Below, piece after piece: positions 18,045 to 27,467 of a stretch of DNA of 64,000 nucleotides. The notes below the pieces were generated by a model that saw only the letters and a list, made by a program, of their open reading frames with translations, was not told where the DNA came from and ran no database searches. How positions within the stretch are numbered: position 1 is the stretch's first letter; every line of letters starts with the position of its first letter. A program made the position numbers and the translations under genes. The stretch spans positions 160,001-224,000 of the forward strand of contig CAWFFN010000008.1 of the NCBI GenBank assembly GCA_963815115.1, written 5' to 3'. The stretch comes from an uncultured delta proteobacterium (GTDB taxonomy: Bacteria > Desulfobacterota > Binatia > DP-6).

Positions 18045-18958
18045 GCGGCCGCGCCCTCCTCGACGGCGGCAGCCGTCTCGCCCCAGACCTCCTCGAACAT
18101 GAGCCACTGCGACGGGCGCTCGCGCACGATCCCCTCGTAGAGCCGGACGGTCGCGACCAGCGCCGCGACGCTGTCGGCCGGCGTGCGCGGATCGAAGCGG
18201 GCCGCGACACGCAGCTCGTAGCGCCGGATGCCGGTGCGCACGGCGAACACCGGCACGATGGGCGCGCGCGCGACCCGCGCCACCGCGAAGGGGCCGAGCT
18301 GGAACCGCGTCGGCCGGCCGCAGAAGTCTACCTCGTGGCTGCCGCGCTTGGGCCCCCACGGCTCGATCTGCATGCCGACGATCTCGTGGCGGCGGAGCGC
18401 GTGCAACGCGGGCAGGCCGGCGAACAGCGAGCGGTCCGAGTAGAGCACGGTGAACCCGTGCCGCGTCCGCATCGAGTGCAGGAAGTCGTGCACCGTGGGG
18501 TTCTGCTCGTGCGCCGTCACCAGGTTGACCGGGCGACCGAGCCGGTTGAGGACGCGCGCCCCGATCTCCCAGGAGCCGAAGTGGCCGGTGAGCACGACCA
18601 GGCCGCGGCCCTCCGCCAGGGCGCTCTCGAAGAGCTCGCGCCCGTCGATGGTGAGCTCGACCGGGCGCGGATGAGGGCCCCATTGCTCCATCCCCTCTGT
18701 CATGGAGCGGGCGAGCTCGGCGAAGACGCGGTAGGCGTCCCAGCGCTCGCGGAGCCAGCTCCGCGGTCCCTGGACCTGGCGCTGGTTGTGGAGGACGCTC
18801 TCGCGCCGCGACCGGGCGACGCCGAAGAGGATGGCCGCGATCGCCGGCGGCGCGCCGCGCTTCCACCACTCCGGGCCATAGACGCAACCCAGTTCCGCGA
18901 AGCGGCGCCACGCCCCGCCGTCGAAGCGCAAGGCGGCTCGAAGGCGCCCCGGGTCCAT
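18002..18958 (-). CDS. Lysophospholipid acyltransferase, LpxL/HtrB-like
   Basis: GRGLVVLTGHFGSWE, FCGRPTRFQLGPFAVA..APIVPVF, ERPSQWLMF. Confidence 0.85.
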   Translation of the reverse strand: MDPGRLRAALRFDGGAWRRFAELGCVYGPEWWKRGAPPAIAAILFGVARSRRESVLHNQRQVQGPRSWLRERWDAYRVFAELARSMTEGMEQWGPHPRPVELTIDGRELFESALAEGRGLVVLTGHFGSWEIGARVLNRLGRPVNLVTAHEQNPTVHDFLHSMRTRHGFTVLYSDRSLFAGLPALHALRRHEIVGMQIEPWGPKRGSHEVDFCGRPTRFQLGPFAVARVARAPIVPVFAVRTGIRRYELRVAARFDPRTPADSVAALVATVRLYEGIVRERPSQWLMFEEVWGETAAAVEEGAAAYEMVPQASGLRRR

Positions 18959-19036
18959 CCGGCTGACTTATCGGAGCGCTGGAGGCGCCTCAAGATACGT
19001 TGTCACGGGGCGCGAAGCGGCGTAGGGCTCTCCCCC

Positions 19037-21385
19037 ATGGACACGATCGCGACGCACTATCGCACCTGCTCCCTGTGCGAGGCCACCTGCGGGCTCGAGA
19101 TCCGGACTCGCGGCCCGGAGATCGTGAGCATCCGGGGCGACGAGGCCGACCCGTTCAGCCGCGGCTACCTGTGCCCCAAGGGGCCGGCGCTGAAGCACCT
19201 GCACGACGATCCCGATCGCCTGCGCGAGCCGATGATCCGTCGCGGCGCCACCTGGGAGCGGGTCGGCTGGGGCGAGGCGTTCGCCGAGATCGACCGCCGG
19301 CTGCCGCCCATCATCCGCACGCACGGGCGCGACGCGGTCGCCGTCTATCTCGGCAACCCGTCGGCGCACCTCCTCTCCGCTCATGCTGTACCCGCGCGCG
19401 CTGCTGCGCGCCTCGGCACGCGCAACCTCTTCTCGGCCAGCACCGTCGACCAGATGCCGAAGCAGGTCGAGCGCGGGCTCATGTTCGGCACGCGCGCTGA
19501 GCGTGCCGGTGCCCGACCTCGACCGCACCGTCGTTCCTGCTCGTCCTCGGCGCCGATCCCGTGGTGTCGAACGGCAGCCTGATGACGGCGCCCGACGTGA
19601 AGGCGCGCCTGCGCGCCATCCGCGCACCGCGGCGGCAAGCTGGTGGTCATCGACCCGCGCCGCTCGCGCACGGCGGAGGAGGCCGACGAGCACCACTTCA
19701 TCCGCCCGGGCACCGATGCGCTGTTCCTCTTCGCCCTCGTCCACACGCTGTTCGCGGAGAACCTCGTCCGGCTCGGCCGCCTCGCACCGCACGTGGCCGG
19801 CGTCGAGGCGGTGGAGCGCGCTGGCGCGCGAGTTCACGCCCGGAGGCCGTCGGCGCCGCCTGCGGCATCCCGGCGGACACCATCCGCCGGCATCGCACGC
19901 GCGCTCGCCGCGCGCCGAGTCGGCCGCGGTCTACGGTCGCGTCGGCACGTGCCAGCAGGAGTTCGGCACCGCTGGCGAGCTGGCTCGTCGACGTGCTGAA
20001 CGTGCTCACCGGCAACCTCGACCGGCCCGGCGGCGCGATGTTCACCAAGGCGGCGGCCGGCGCCAGCAACACGCGCGGCGAGCCCGGACGCGGCAAGGGC
20101 GTCCGCTTCGGACGGCGCGACGAGCCGCGTGCGCGGGCTGCCCGAGGTCTTCGGCGAGCTGCCGGTCGGCTGCCTCGCCGAGGAGATCGAGACGCCGGGC
20201 GAGGGCCAGATCCGGGCGCTCATCACCATCGCCGGCAATCCGGTGCTCAGCACGCCGAACGGCGCGCGGCTGTCGGCCGCGCTCGGCTCGCTCGAGTTCA
20301 TGGTGAGCCTCGACATCTACCTGAACGAGACGACGCGCCACGCGGACGTGATCCTGCCGTCGCTCTCGCCGCTCGAGTCGTCGCACTACGACCTCGGCGC
20401 TCTGGCAGCTCGCCATCCGCAACTACGCAAACTACTCGGCGCCCGTCTTTTCTCCGCCGTCGGGTCGGCCGACCGACTGGGAGACCGTCCTGCGGCTGAC
20501 CGGCATCGTCATGGGTCAGGGACCCGACGCCGACACGGACGCGCTCGACGACTTCGTCGCCCTCCAGCAGGTGGAGAGCGCCGTCGGGGCGGCGGGCTCC
20601 TGCGTGCAGGGACGCGCACCGGCCGAGCTGATGGCCGCGCTCGCCCCGCGACGCGGCCCGGAGCGCCTGCTCGACCTGATGCTGCGCACCGGGCCGTACG
20701 GCGACGCATTCGGCGCGCGGCCCGACGGGCTCTCCCTGCGGCGCTCGAGGCGACCCCGCACGGGATCGACCTGGGCGCGCTCGCGCCGCGCATCCCCGAG
20801 GTCCTGCGCACCCGCTCGGGCATAGATCGAGCTGGCGCCGCGCCGAGATCACCGCCGACGTCCCCCGGCTGCGCTCGCGTCTCACGCGGCCGGAGGGCGG
20901 CATCGACGCTCGTCGGCCGCCGGGACCTGCGCTCCAACAACTCCTGGATGCACAACATCGAGCCGCTCGTGCGCGGCGAGACCGCGCTGCACCCTGTGGG
21001 TGCATCCCGACGACGCCGCGCGCCTCGGGCTCGCCGACGGCGCCGCCGGCGCGCGTGCGCTCGCGCGCCGGGCGCCTCGACGTGCCGGTGGAGGTCACCG
21101 ACGCGATCATGCCCGGCGTGGTGAGCATGCCGCACGGCTGGGGCCACGACGCGCCCGGGATGCGCGTTGCGCGTCGCGTCCGCCAACGCCGGCGTGAACA
21201 GCAATCTGCTGGCCGACGAGCTGGCGATGGATCCGCTGTCCGGCAACGCGGTGCTGAACGGCATCCCCGTAAGCGTGTGTCGAGCCGAGACCTCGTCTCG
21301 GCTCGAAGGGGAAGGCGAGCGTGTGGCGTCCGGTCCCTCAGGCGACCGCCATGCCGCGGCCGGCGAAGCCGGCGCGGCAAAATAG
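19037..21385 (+). CDS. Molybdopterin-dependent oxidoreductase with N-terminal Fe4S4 motif; many frameshifts
   Basis: RTCSLCEATCG..LCPKG, DPDRLREP, YLGNP, GNPVLSTPN, DIYLNETTRHAD, SNNSWMHN, PGVVSMPHGWGH, NGIPV spread across frames. Confidence 0.8.
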
Positions 21386-21479
21386 CGCGCCGCGGCCCGA
21401 CCGGAGCGCTCCGCACCTCTGCCGCGCCGGCGCCGCATGCTCGCCGTCCGTCCCGACCCGAGACGAAGTCTCGGGTCGG
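21281..21479 (+). repeat. Three-hairpin REP/MITE-like element, copy 2 (inverted relative to copy 1)
   Basis: Perfect hairpins cgagccgagac-ctc-gtctcggctcg, gccggc-gaa-gccggc and ccgacccgagac-gaa-gtctcgggtcgg. Lies between convergent genes. Confidence 0.75.
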
Positions 21480-21481
21480 CC

Positions 21482-21895
21482 TTACCGGGGCTGGGCCAGC
21501 GTGAGCCGCCCTTCGGCGCACAGCCGCCCGTCGACCAGGGCGCGGCCGCGCAGCTGCGTCGCGGCCTGGAAATGGCGCAGCACCTCGACCTCGATGCGGA
21601 GGACGTCACCGACCCGCACCGGATCGAGGACCCGGAAGTCGTCGACGGCCGCAAGGTAGCCCGGCTGGGGCGCGTCGTCCTTCAGGGCCGAGAGGAGCGC
21701 GCCCCCACCCTGGGCGAGGGTCTCGAGGAGGAAGGCCGCCGGCAGCGTGCCATCCGCTGCCACGCAGGGATCCGAGGCGGCCACGTGCTTCAGGAAGACG
21801 CCGCAGCGGTCGCCGATCTCGAGCACCCGGTCCAGGAGCAGGAAGGGGGCGGCGTGCGGAAGGCGGGGAAACGGAGTCCGCAGCTCGCTCATCAC
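21482..21895 (-). CDS. 3-hydroxyacyl-ACP dehydratase (FabZ/ApeP-like)
   Basis: LPHAAPFLLLDRV, LLETLAQ, GYLAAVDDFRV..PVRVGD. Confidence 0.85.
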   Translation of the reverse strand: MMSELRTPFPRLPHAAPFLLLDRVLEIGDRCGVFLKHVAASDPCVAADGTLPAAFLLETLAQGGGALLSALKDDAPQPGYLAAVDDFRVLDPVRVGDVLRIEVEVLRHFQAATQLRGRALVDGRLCAEGRLTLAQPR

Positions 21896-23013
21896 GCTGC
21901 CTCTAGCCGGAGCGGCCGACACGCGCCACCCCGGGCGAGACCGTCGACCAGCACCCGGCGGACGGGCATCGCGCGCGCCGCGCCCGTGACCACGTCGAGG
22001 CCGCGGGCCGCCCCAGCTGGCCAGCCGATCGTGGGCGGCACGAGCGCGTGCGACATCGCCAGCGCGGCCGCCGCCACGGCGAGCGCTCCCGCGGCACCGA
22101 AGCTGCCCGTCGTGCCGCGCGGCGCCGTCACCGCCACCGGACGCCCGGCGAACGCGCGCGCGAGCGCCTCGGCCTCCAGCCCGTCCAGCACCACGTCGCC
22201 GTTCGCCGCCGCGACCACGAGGTCGACGTCGGCGGCGAGCGGTGCGAGGCGGCGCGCCAGCTCGCCCGCGTCGGCGGGCCACCCGTGAACCGGGGCCGGG
22301 ACACCGAAGCCTGCGTGCGGCACGAGACGCGCGTAGCGGCGCGCGCCCCGACGAAGTGCGCGCGCCGACGACTCCAGTACGAGCACCGCGGCGCCTTCGC
22401 CCGGAGTCGCGACGGCGCCCGACGCACGGCGCGCCGCGCGCTCGAGGCCCGGAAGGGCCGTGGCGAGCTCGTCCGCCGCGCCCGCCAGGCAGACCTCGGC
22501 CGTACCCTCGCCGACCTGTCGCGCTCCCCACCCGATCGCCGCCTCCCCCGAGGCCTCCTGCTCGGTCACCATCGCCGACGGTCCCGTGATGCCCAGCTCG
22601 ATCGCCAGGTAGCTGAGCGGCGCGTTCATCACCAGGTTCGGGAAGAGGAGCGGGTTGCCGGTGCCGCGGTCGAAGATGCGATCGAGAAAGGTGATCGTCT
22701 CCTCGACGTTACCGAATGCGGAGCCCAGCGCGAGCGCCGTGCGCGGCGGCGCCAGTGCCTCGGGCTCGAGACCGGCGTCGGCCAGGGCGAGCCGTGCGGC
22801 CGCCAGGGCCAGCAGCGACGTCCGATCGATCCGGCGTCCCTGCGCCGAACGAACCCAGCGGCGCGCCTCGAGGCCCTCCACCCGCGCCGGCGCGGCGGAT
22901 TCTCCGGGTGCGCGAGCGCCGCGGCCTGCGACGACCGCCTCCCAGAACGGCTCCACGCCGACACCGAGCGCGCTCACCACGCCGATGCCGGTCACGGCCA
23001 CGTCACCGATCAC
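21892..23013 (-). CDS. Non-catalytic ketosynthase-like chain-length factor
   Basis: KS fold (VAVTGIGVVSALG, NPLLFPNLVMNAP, GEGAAVLVLE). Catalytic Cys replaced (TEQEASG); His motifs absent. Confidence 0.8.
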   Translation of the reverse strand: MIGDVAVTGIGVVSALGVGVEPFWEAVVAGRGARAPGESAAPARVEGLEARRWVRSAQGRRIDRTSLLALAAARLALADAGLEPEALAPPRTALALGSAFGNVEETITFLDRIFDRGTGNPLLFPNLVMNAPLSYLAIELGITGPSAMVTEQEASGEAAIGWGARQVGEGTAEVCLAGAADELATALPGLERAARRASGAVATPGEGAAVLVLESSARALRRGARRYARLVPHAGFGVPAPVHGWPADAGELARRLAPLAADVDLVVAAANGDVVLDGLEAEALARAFAGRPVAVTAPRGTTGSFGAAGALAVAAAALAMSHALVPPTIGWPAGAARGLDVVTGAARAMPVRRVLVDGLARGGACRPLRLEAA

Positions 23014-24230
23014 GCGTCTCGTCCCAGCACGAGGGTGACGTTGTGCCCGCCGAAGCCGTACGAGGAGGTGAGTGCAATCCCGAGCGCCTGCCGGCGGCCC
23101 GCGGCCGGCACCAGGTCGAGGTCGCTCCACGCCGGATCGGGATCACGCAGCGTCGCCGTCGGCGGCAGGAGCGAGCCGTCGAGCGCGAGCACCGTGGTGA
23201 CCGCTTCGACCGCCCCCGCGGCACCGAGGCAGTGGCCGAGCTGCGACTTGGTGGAGCTGACGGGAACGCGCGGCAGGCGGGCTCCGAAGACGGCGCGCAG
23301 CACGCGCACCTCGACCTCGTCGTTCTGCCGCGTGCCGGTCCCGTGGGCGTTGACGTAGTCGACCGCGTCGGGCGGCACCGCCGCCGCGTCGAGCGCGCTG
23401 CGCACCGCGGCCAGCGCCGCGCGGCCCTCGGGATCGGGAGCGGTCACGTGGTGGGCGTCGGTCGTCGTGCCGTGCCCGAGCACCCGCGCGATCACGCGCG
23501 CGCCGCGCGCCCGCGCGTGCGCCGCGTCCTCGAGCACGAGGGCAGCCGCCCCCTCCCCCAGCGTGAGGCCGGCACGGTCACGGTCGAAGGGCCGGCAACC
23601 CTCCGGGTCGAGGGCCTGGAGGGCGTCGAAGCCTGCATGCGTGATGCGGCAGAGCCCGTCCGTCCCCAGCGCGATGGCCAACGCGAGCGTCCCCGACGCG
23701 ACGGCCCACGCGGCCTCGGCGATCGCCAGCGCGCTCGACGAGCATGCGGTGGAGAACGTGGCGCGCGGCCCGTGGATGCCGAAGGCCTGGGCGATCGCCG
23801 CCGCGCTGGTCGACAGCGGCGTCCCGAGCAGACGCGACAGCCGGTAGTGCCGGTCCTCCCCCGAGCGGTGGCGGCGATAGGCCTCTTCCGTCTCGGCCAT
23901 CCCGCCCACGGTGGCGCCCACGAAGATCCCCGCCGCTTCGAGGCGCTCGGTCTCGAGGCCAGCCTGCCGGTACGCCTGCTCGACGGCAGCGAGCGCGAAC
24001 CGGTCGGGACGCGACAGGCGCCGCACCGTCGCGGGCGGCAGCAAACCGAACGCCGCCACGGGCGGAGCGAGCTCCCGTACCTCGGCCGCGAGATGACAGC
24101 GGCCGCCGTGCGGAAACCGCGTCAATGGACCGACCGCGCAGCGGCCATCGGCGAGGCCGGCAGCGAGCGCCGCCACGTCCGCGCCGAGCGCCGTGATGGC
24201 GCCCACGCCGGTCACCGCGACCTGCCGCAC
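23010..24230 (-). CDS. Beta-ketoacyl-ACP synthase (FabF-like)
   Basis: STACSSS, NAHGTGT, KSQLGHCLGAAG, SYGFGGHN. Confidence 0.93.
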   Translation of the reverse strand: MRQVAVTGVGAITALGADVAALAAGLADGRCAVGPLTRFPHGGRCHLAAEVRELAPPVAAFGLLPPATVRRLSRPDRFALAAVEQAYRQAGLETERLEAAGIFVGATVGGMAETEEAYRRHRSGEDRHYRLSRLLGTPLSTSAAAIAQAFGIHGPRATFSTACSSSALAIAEAAWAVASGTLALAIALGTDGLCRITHAGFDALQALDPEGCRPFDRDRAGLTLGEGAAALVLEDAAHARARGARVIARVLGHGTTTDAHHVTAPDPEGRAALAAVRSALDAAAVPPDAVDYVNAHGTGTRQNDEVEVRVLRAVFGARLPRVPVSSTKSQLGHCLGAAGAVEAVTTVLALDGSLLPPTATLRDPDPAWSDLDLVPAAGRRQALGIALTSSYGFGGHNVTLVLGRDA

Positions 24231-24238
24231 ACCGACTC

Positions 24239-24499
24239 CTACGGCTGGCGCTCCGCAACGATGAAATCGACCAGCGACCGCACCGAGGCAAAGGCTCGCT
24301 TGCCCACCTCCTCGTCCGGAATGGAGACCCGGAATCGATCCTCCACCAGCACGACGAGCTCGAGCGCGTCGATCGAATCGAGACCCAGCCCGTCGCCGAA
24401 GATGGGCGAGTCCTCGGGGATGTCGCTCGGCGGACGGTCGAGCCGAAGCCCGGTCACCAGGAGCTGCTTCACCTCCGCGGCGAGCGCGTCGCGATCCAT
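24239..24499 (-). CDS. Acyl carrier protein (aryl-polyene/ladderane type)
   Basis: 86 aa, acidic; IFGDGLGLDSIDALELV phosphopantetheine Ser motif. Confidence 0.92.
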   Translation of the reverse strand: MDRDALAAEVKQLLVTGLRLDRPPSDIPEDSPIFGDGLGLDSIDALELVVLVEDRFRVSIPDEEVGKRAFASVRSLVDFIVAERQP

Positions 24500-24510
24500 C
24501 GCGCGCCTCT

Positions 24511-25269
24511 TTAGAGCATCGTGAGACCGCCGTCCACGTGGAGGGTGGTCCCGGTCAGGTACGAGGCCGCCGGTGAGGCGAGAAAGAGAACGGCGCTGGC
24601 GATCTCGTCCGGCTCTGCGAAGCGGCCGAGGGGAATCTGACGTTCGAGATCCCGGCGCTCGGCCTCGGCCAGCTCGCGGATCAAGCGGGTGTCCACGAAG
24701 CCGGGGGAGACGGCGTTCACCGTGATGGCGTAGCGAGCGACCTCGCGCGCCAGCGACTTGGTGAGCGCGACCACTCCTCCCTTCGCCGCCGAATAGGCGG
24801 CGGCGCCTTCCTTGCCGAAGAAGGCTGCCGGCGAGACGACGTTGACGATGCGTCCCCACCGTCCGCCGATCATGCCGCGGAGCGCCGCCTTGCTGCACAG
24901 GAAGACGCCCGTCAGGTCGACGTCGAGCACGCGCCGCCAGCCGCTCTCGGGCAGCATCATCAGGAGGCCGTCGTGCGTCACCGCGGCGTTGTTCACCAGC
25001 ACGTCGGGCGCGCCGCCGAGCGCATCACGCAGCGCGCCGAAGAGCCGGCTCACGGCCTCGGCATCGGCGACGTCGGCCTGCACGGCGTGCGCCCGCGCGC
25101 CGGTGGCGCGTAGCGCGACCAGGGTCTCGTCGGCCTCGGCGTCGTCCTCGTCGCGCGAGTAGTTGAAGGCGACGGCCGCGCCCGCACGCGCAAACCCGAG
25201 CGCGACGGCTCGGCCGATACCGCGCGAGCCGCCGGTGACGAGCACGCGATGGCCGGCGAGCGCGCTCAC
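24511..25269 (-). CDS. fabG: 3-oxoacyl-ACP reductase
   Basis: TGGSRGIG, NNAA, YSAAK, VNAVSPGFVDT, VDGG. Confidence 0.9.
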   Translation of the reverse strand: MSALAGHRVLVTGGSRGIGRAVALGFARAGAAVAFNYSRDEDDAEADETLVALRATGARAHAVQADVADAEAVSRLFGALRDALGGAPDVLVNNAAVTHDGLLMMLPESGWRRVLDVDLTGVFLCSKAALRGMIGGRWGRIVNVVSPAAFFGKEGAAAYSAAKGGVVALTKSLAREVARYAITVNAVSPGFVDTRLIRELAEAERRDLERQIPLGRFAEPDEIASAVLFLASPAASYLTGTTLHVDGGLTML

Positions 25270-26228
25270 ACGGGACCCGGACCGGCCGCCACGAGCGCCC
25301 CGACGTGTCCGCTCGGGCAGACGTCGAGCACCAGGAAGGGGGCCGGGGTGGCGCCGGCAAGCGCGGCGACGAGCGCCAGCGGACAGGCCGCGGCAAAGGT
25401 CTCGCCGTACGCCGCCGAGGGATGCTGGATGCGCGGCTGCGTCCCGTCGAGGACGGCGTACAGCGCGCGCCGAGTCCGCTCCGCGGTGCTCGGCGCATCC
25501 CGCACGATGACCAGCGCCAGGTCCGTCTGCCGTACGCCCGCGTCCGCCAGCGCTCCCTCGATGGCGGACTGCACGCCCGCCGCTGCGCGATCGCGCTCGG
25601 GCGTGAACCCGGCCGCGTGTCCCATGATCCGGCCCCGAACCACCGCACCACGCCGGCGTGCCGCCAGGACCGGCTCGAGCACGACGATCGCGGCGCCGTC
25701 CCGCGGCGGCGCCTCCCCCATCGCGAGGCCGCCGTCCGCGAGCCAGCGCTCGAGGGTCGCGTCGCAGGCGTCCATTCCGCCGGCGACCATGGCGTCTGCC
25801 CGCCCGGTGGCGATCAGGTCCGCCGCGTGCGCGATCGCCAGCAGGCCCGCCGCACCGCCGGCGGTGAGGGTCACCGCCGGACCACCCAGGCGGAATCCGA
25901 TGCCGACCTCTCCCGCGGCCGCGTTCGAGACCGTCGCGGCGAAAAGCCGCGGGCTCGCCGCCTTGGGACCGTCGGCCGCGACGCGCCGCTGATACGCGGC
26001 GTTGGTGAGAAAACACCCGAAGGCGGTGCCGAGCGCCACGCCGACGCGGGGACGCGGAGCACCATCGGTCACCGCGAGCCCGGCCTCCTCGAGCGCGCGC
26101 CCGGTCGCGGCGAGGGCGAGCTGGGTCACGCGCTCTGCGCGCACGGCCCGCGCACGGATGGCATCGGGTAGCTCCCCGAGCTGGCCGTCGACGGCGGCCG
26201 CGGCGCCGGTGATCGCGATCTCCGTCAT
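25266..26228 (-). CDS. Second non-catalytic ketosynthase-like chain-length factor (short)
   Basis: GVALGTAFG, SPRLFAATVSNAAAG; LTAGGAAG lacks the catalytic Cys. Confidence 0.78.
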   Translation of the reverse strand: MTEIAITGAAAAVDGQLGELPDAIRARAVRAERVTQLALAATGRALEEAGLAVTDGAPRPRVGVALGTAFGCFLTNAAYQRRVAADGPKAASPRLFAATVSNAAAGEVGIGFRLGGPAVTLTAGGAAGLLAIAHAADLIATGRADAMVAGGMDACDATLERWLADGGLAMGEAPPRDGAAIVVLEPVLAARRRGAVVRGRIMGHAAGFTPERDRAAAGVQSAIEGALADAGVRQTDLALVIVRDAPSTAERTRRALYAVLDGTQPRIQHPSAAYGETFAAACPLALVAALAGATPAPFLVLDVCPSGHVGALVAAGPGPV

Positions 26229-27412
26229 GCGCGTCCCAGGACCAGGGCGGTGTTCGCGCCGGCGAAGCCGGACGAGGTCGAGATCGCCACGCGCACATCA
26301 CCCCGCCGCGCCTCGCCGTGCACCAGATCGAGGCCCTCGCAGGCGGGATCGGGATGCTCGAGTCCGACCGTAGGCGGGATGCACGCCTCGTCCAGCACCC
26401 CGCTGCACAGCACCGCCTCGAAGGCGCCCGCCGCGCCCAGGGTGTGGCCGATCGCTCCCTTGATCGAGTTCACCGGCACCGGACGGTCGCCGAAGAGCCG
26501 CCTGAGCGCGCGCGCCTCCATGGCGTCGTTGAAGGGGGTGCCGGTGCCGTGCGCGGAGACGAAGTCCACCGCGTCGGGATCGACGGCGGCATCGTGCAGA
26601 GCGGCCAGCACGGCCCGGACCAGGCCGCTGCCCTCGCGATCGGGAGCCGTCATGTGCGTGGCGTCGGCCGCTGCGCCGGTTCCGAGCACGCGCGCGCGCA
26701 CGCGCGCGCCGCGACGAGCCGCGCGCGCCGCTTCCTCGATCACCAGAACGGCGGCGCCCTCGCCGAGCACGAGGCCGCGCCGGTCGCGGTCGAAGGGACG
26801 CGCGACGTCGGCGGTCGCGTGCAGGCAGTTGAAGCCCGCAACCACGAACCGGCACAGGAGATCGGCGCCGCCCGCGAGGACCACCTCGGCGCGTCCGGCA
26901 CGCACCCAGTCCGCCGCCAGCGCCACCGCCGCGCTCCCGGAGGCACAGGCGAGCTGCGGCGTCACGACCGGACCGCGCGCGCCGATCGCCTCCGCCACGC
27001 GGGCGGCGGGCGCGTAGTACGGGATGCGCTCGAGGGAGCCAGGGGACGGGCTCCCCGCGGCCGCCGCGGCGTCCCACGTCTCGAAGATCCCCATGCCGCC
27101 GAGCGTGGTGCCGAGCGCCACGCCGACCCGGCCAGGCTCGAGCTGCTCGGGCGAGATCCCCGCCGCTTCCAGCGCCTGGGCTGCGGCCGCGAGCGCGAAA
27201 GCCCCCGCCCGGTCGGGGTCCCGATCGTCCTGATCGGTCACCTCGGCCGCGCTCGCCGGCTCGAGATCGTCGGCCGGGAATCGCCGGATGGGGGCGACCG
27301 CGGAGCGGCCCGCAATCAGGCCGCTCCAGAACGCCCCGACGGTGCGCCCGAGCGGGGACACCACCCCGCAGCCGGTGATGACAGCGGCACGTGCAGATCC
27401 AGCCAAGACCAC
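26225..27412 (-). CDS. Beta-ketoacyl-ACP synthase (FabF-like)
   Basis: QLACASG, SAHGTGT, KGAIGHTLGAAG, SSGFAGAN. Confidence 0.92.
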   Translation of the reverse strand: MVLAGSARAAVITGCGVVSPLGRTVGAFWSGLIAGRSAVAPIRRFPADDLEPASAAEVTDQDDRDPDRAGAFALAAAAQALEAAGISPEQLEPGRVGVALGTTLGGMGIFETWDAAAAAGSPSPGSLERIPYYAPAARVAEAIGARGPVVTPQLACASGSAAVALAADWVRAGRAEVVLAGGADLLCRFVVAGFNCLHATADVARPFDRDRRGLVLGEGAAVLVIEEAARAARRGARVRARVLGTGAAADATHMTAPDREGSGLVRAVLAALHDAAVDPDAVDFVSAHGTGTPFNDAMEARALRRLFGDRPVPVNSIKGAIGHTLGAAGAFEAVLCSGVLDEACIPPTVGLEHPDPACEGLDLVHGEARRGDVRVAISTSSGFAGANTALVLGRA

Positions 27413-27467
27413 CGCAACTTAGCCCAGGACGTCGGGTGGTGCACGACGCTGGCCGGCGGCGGCGACG

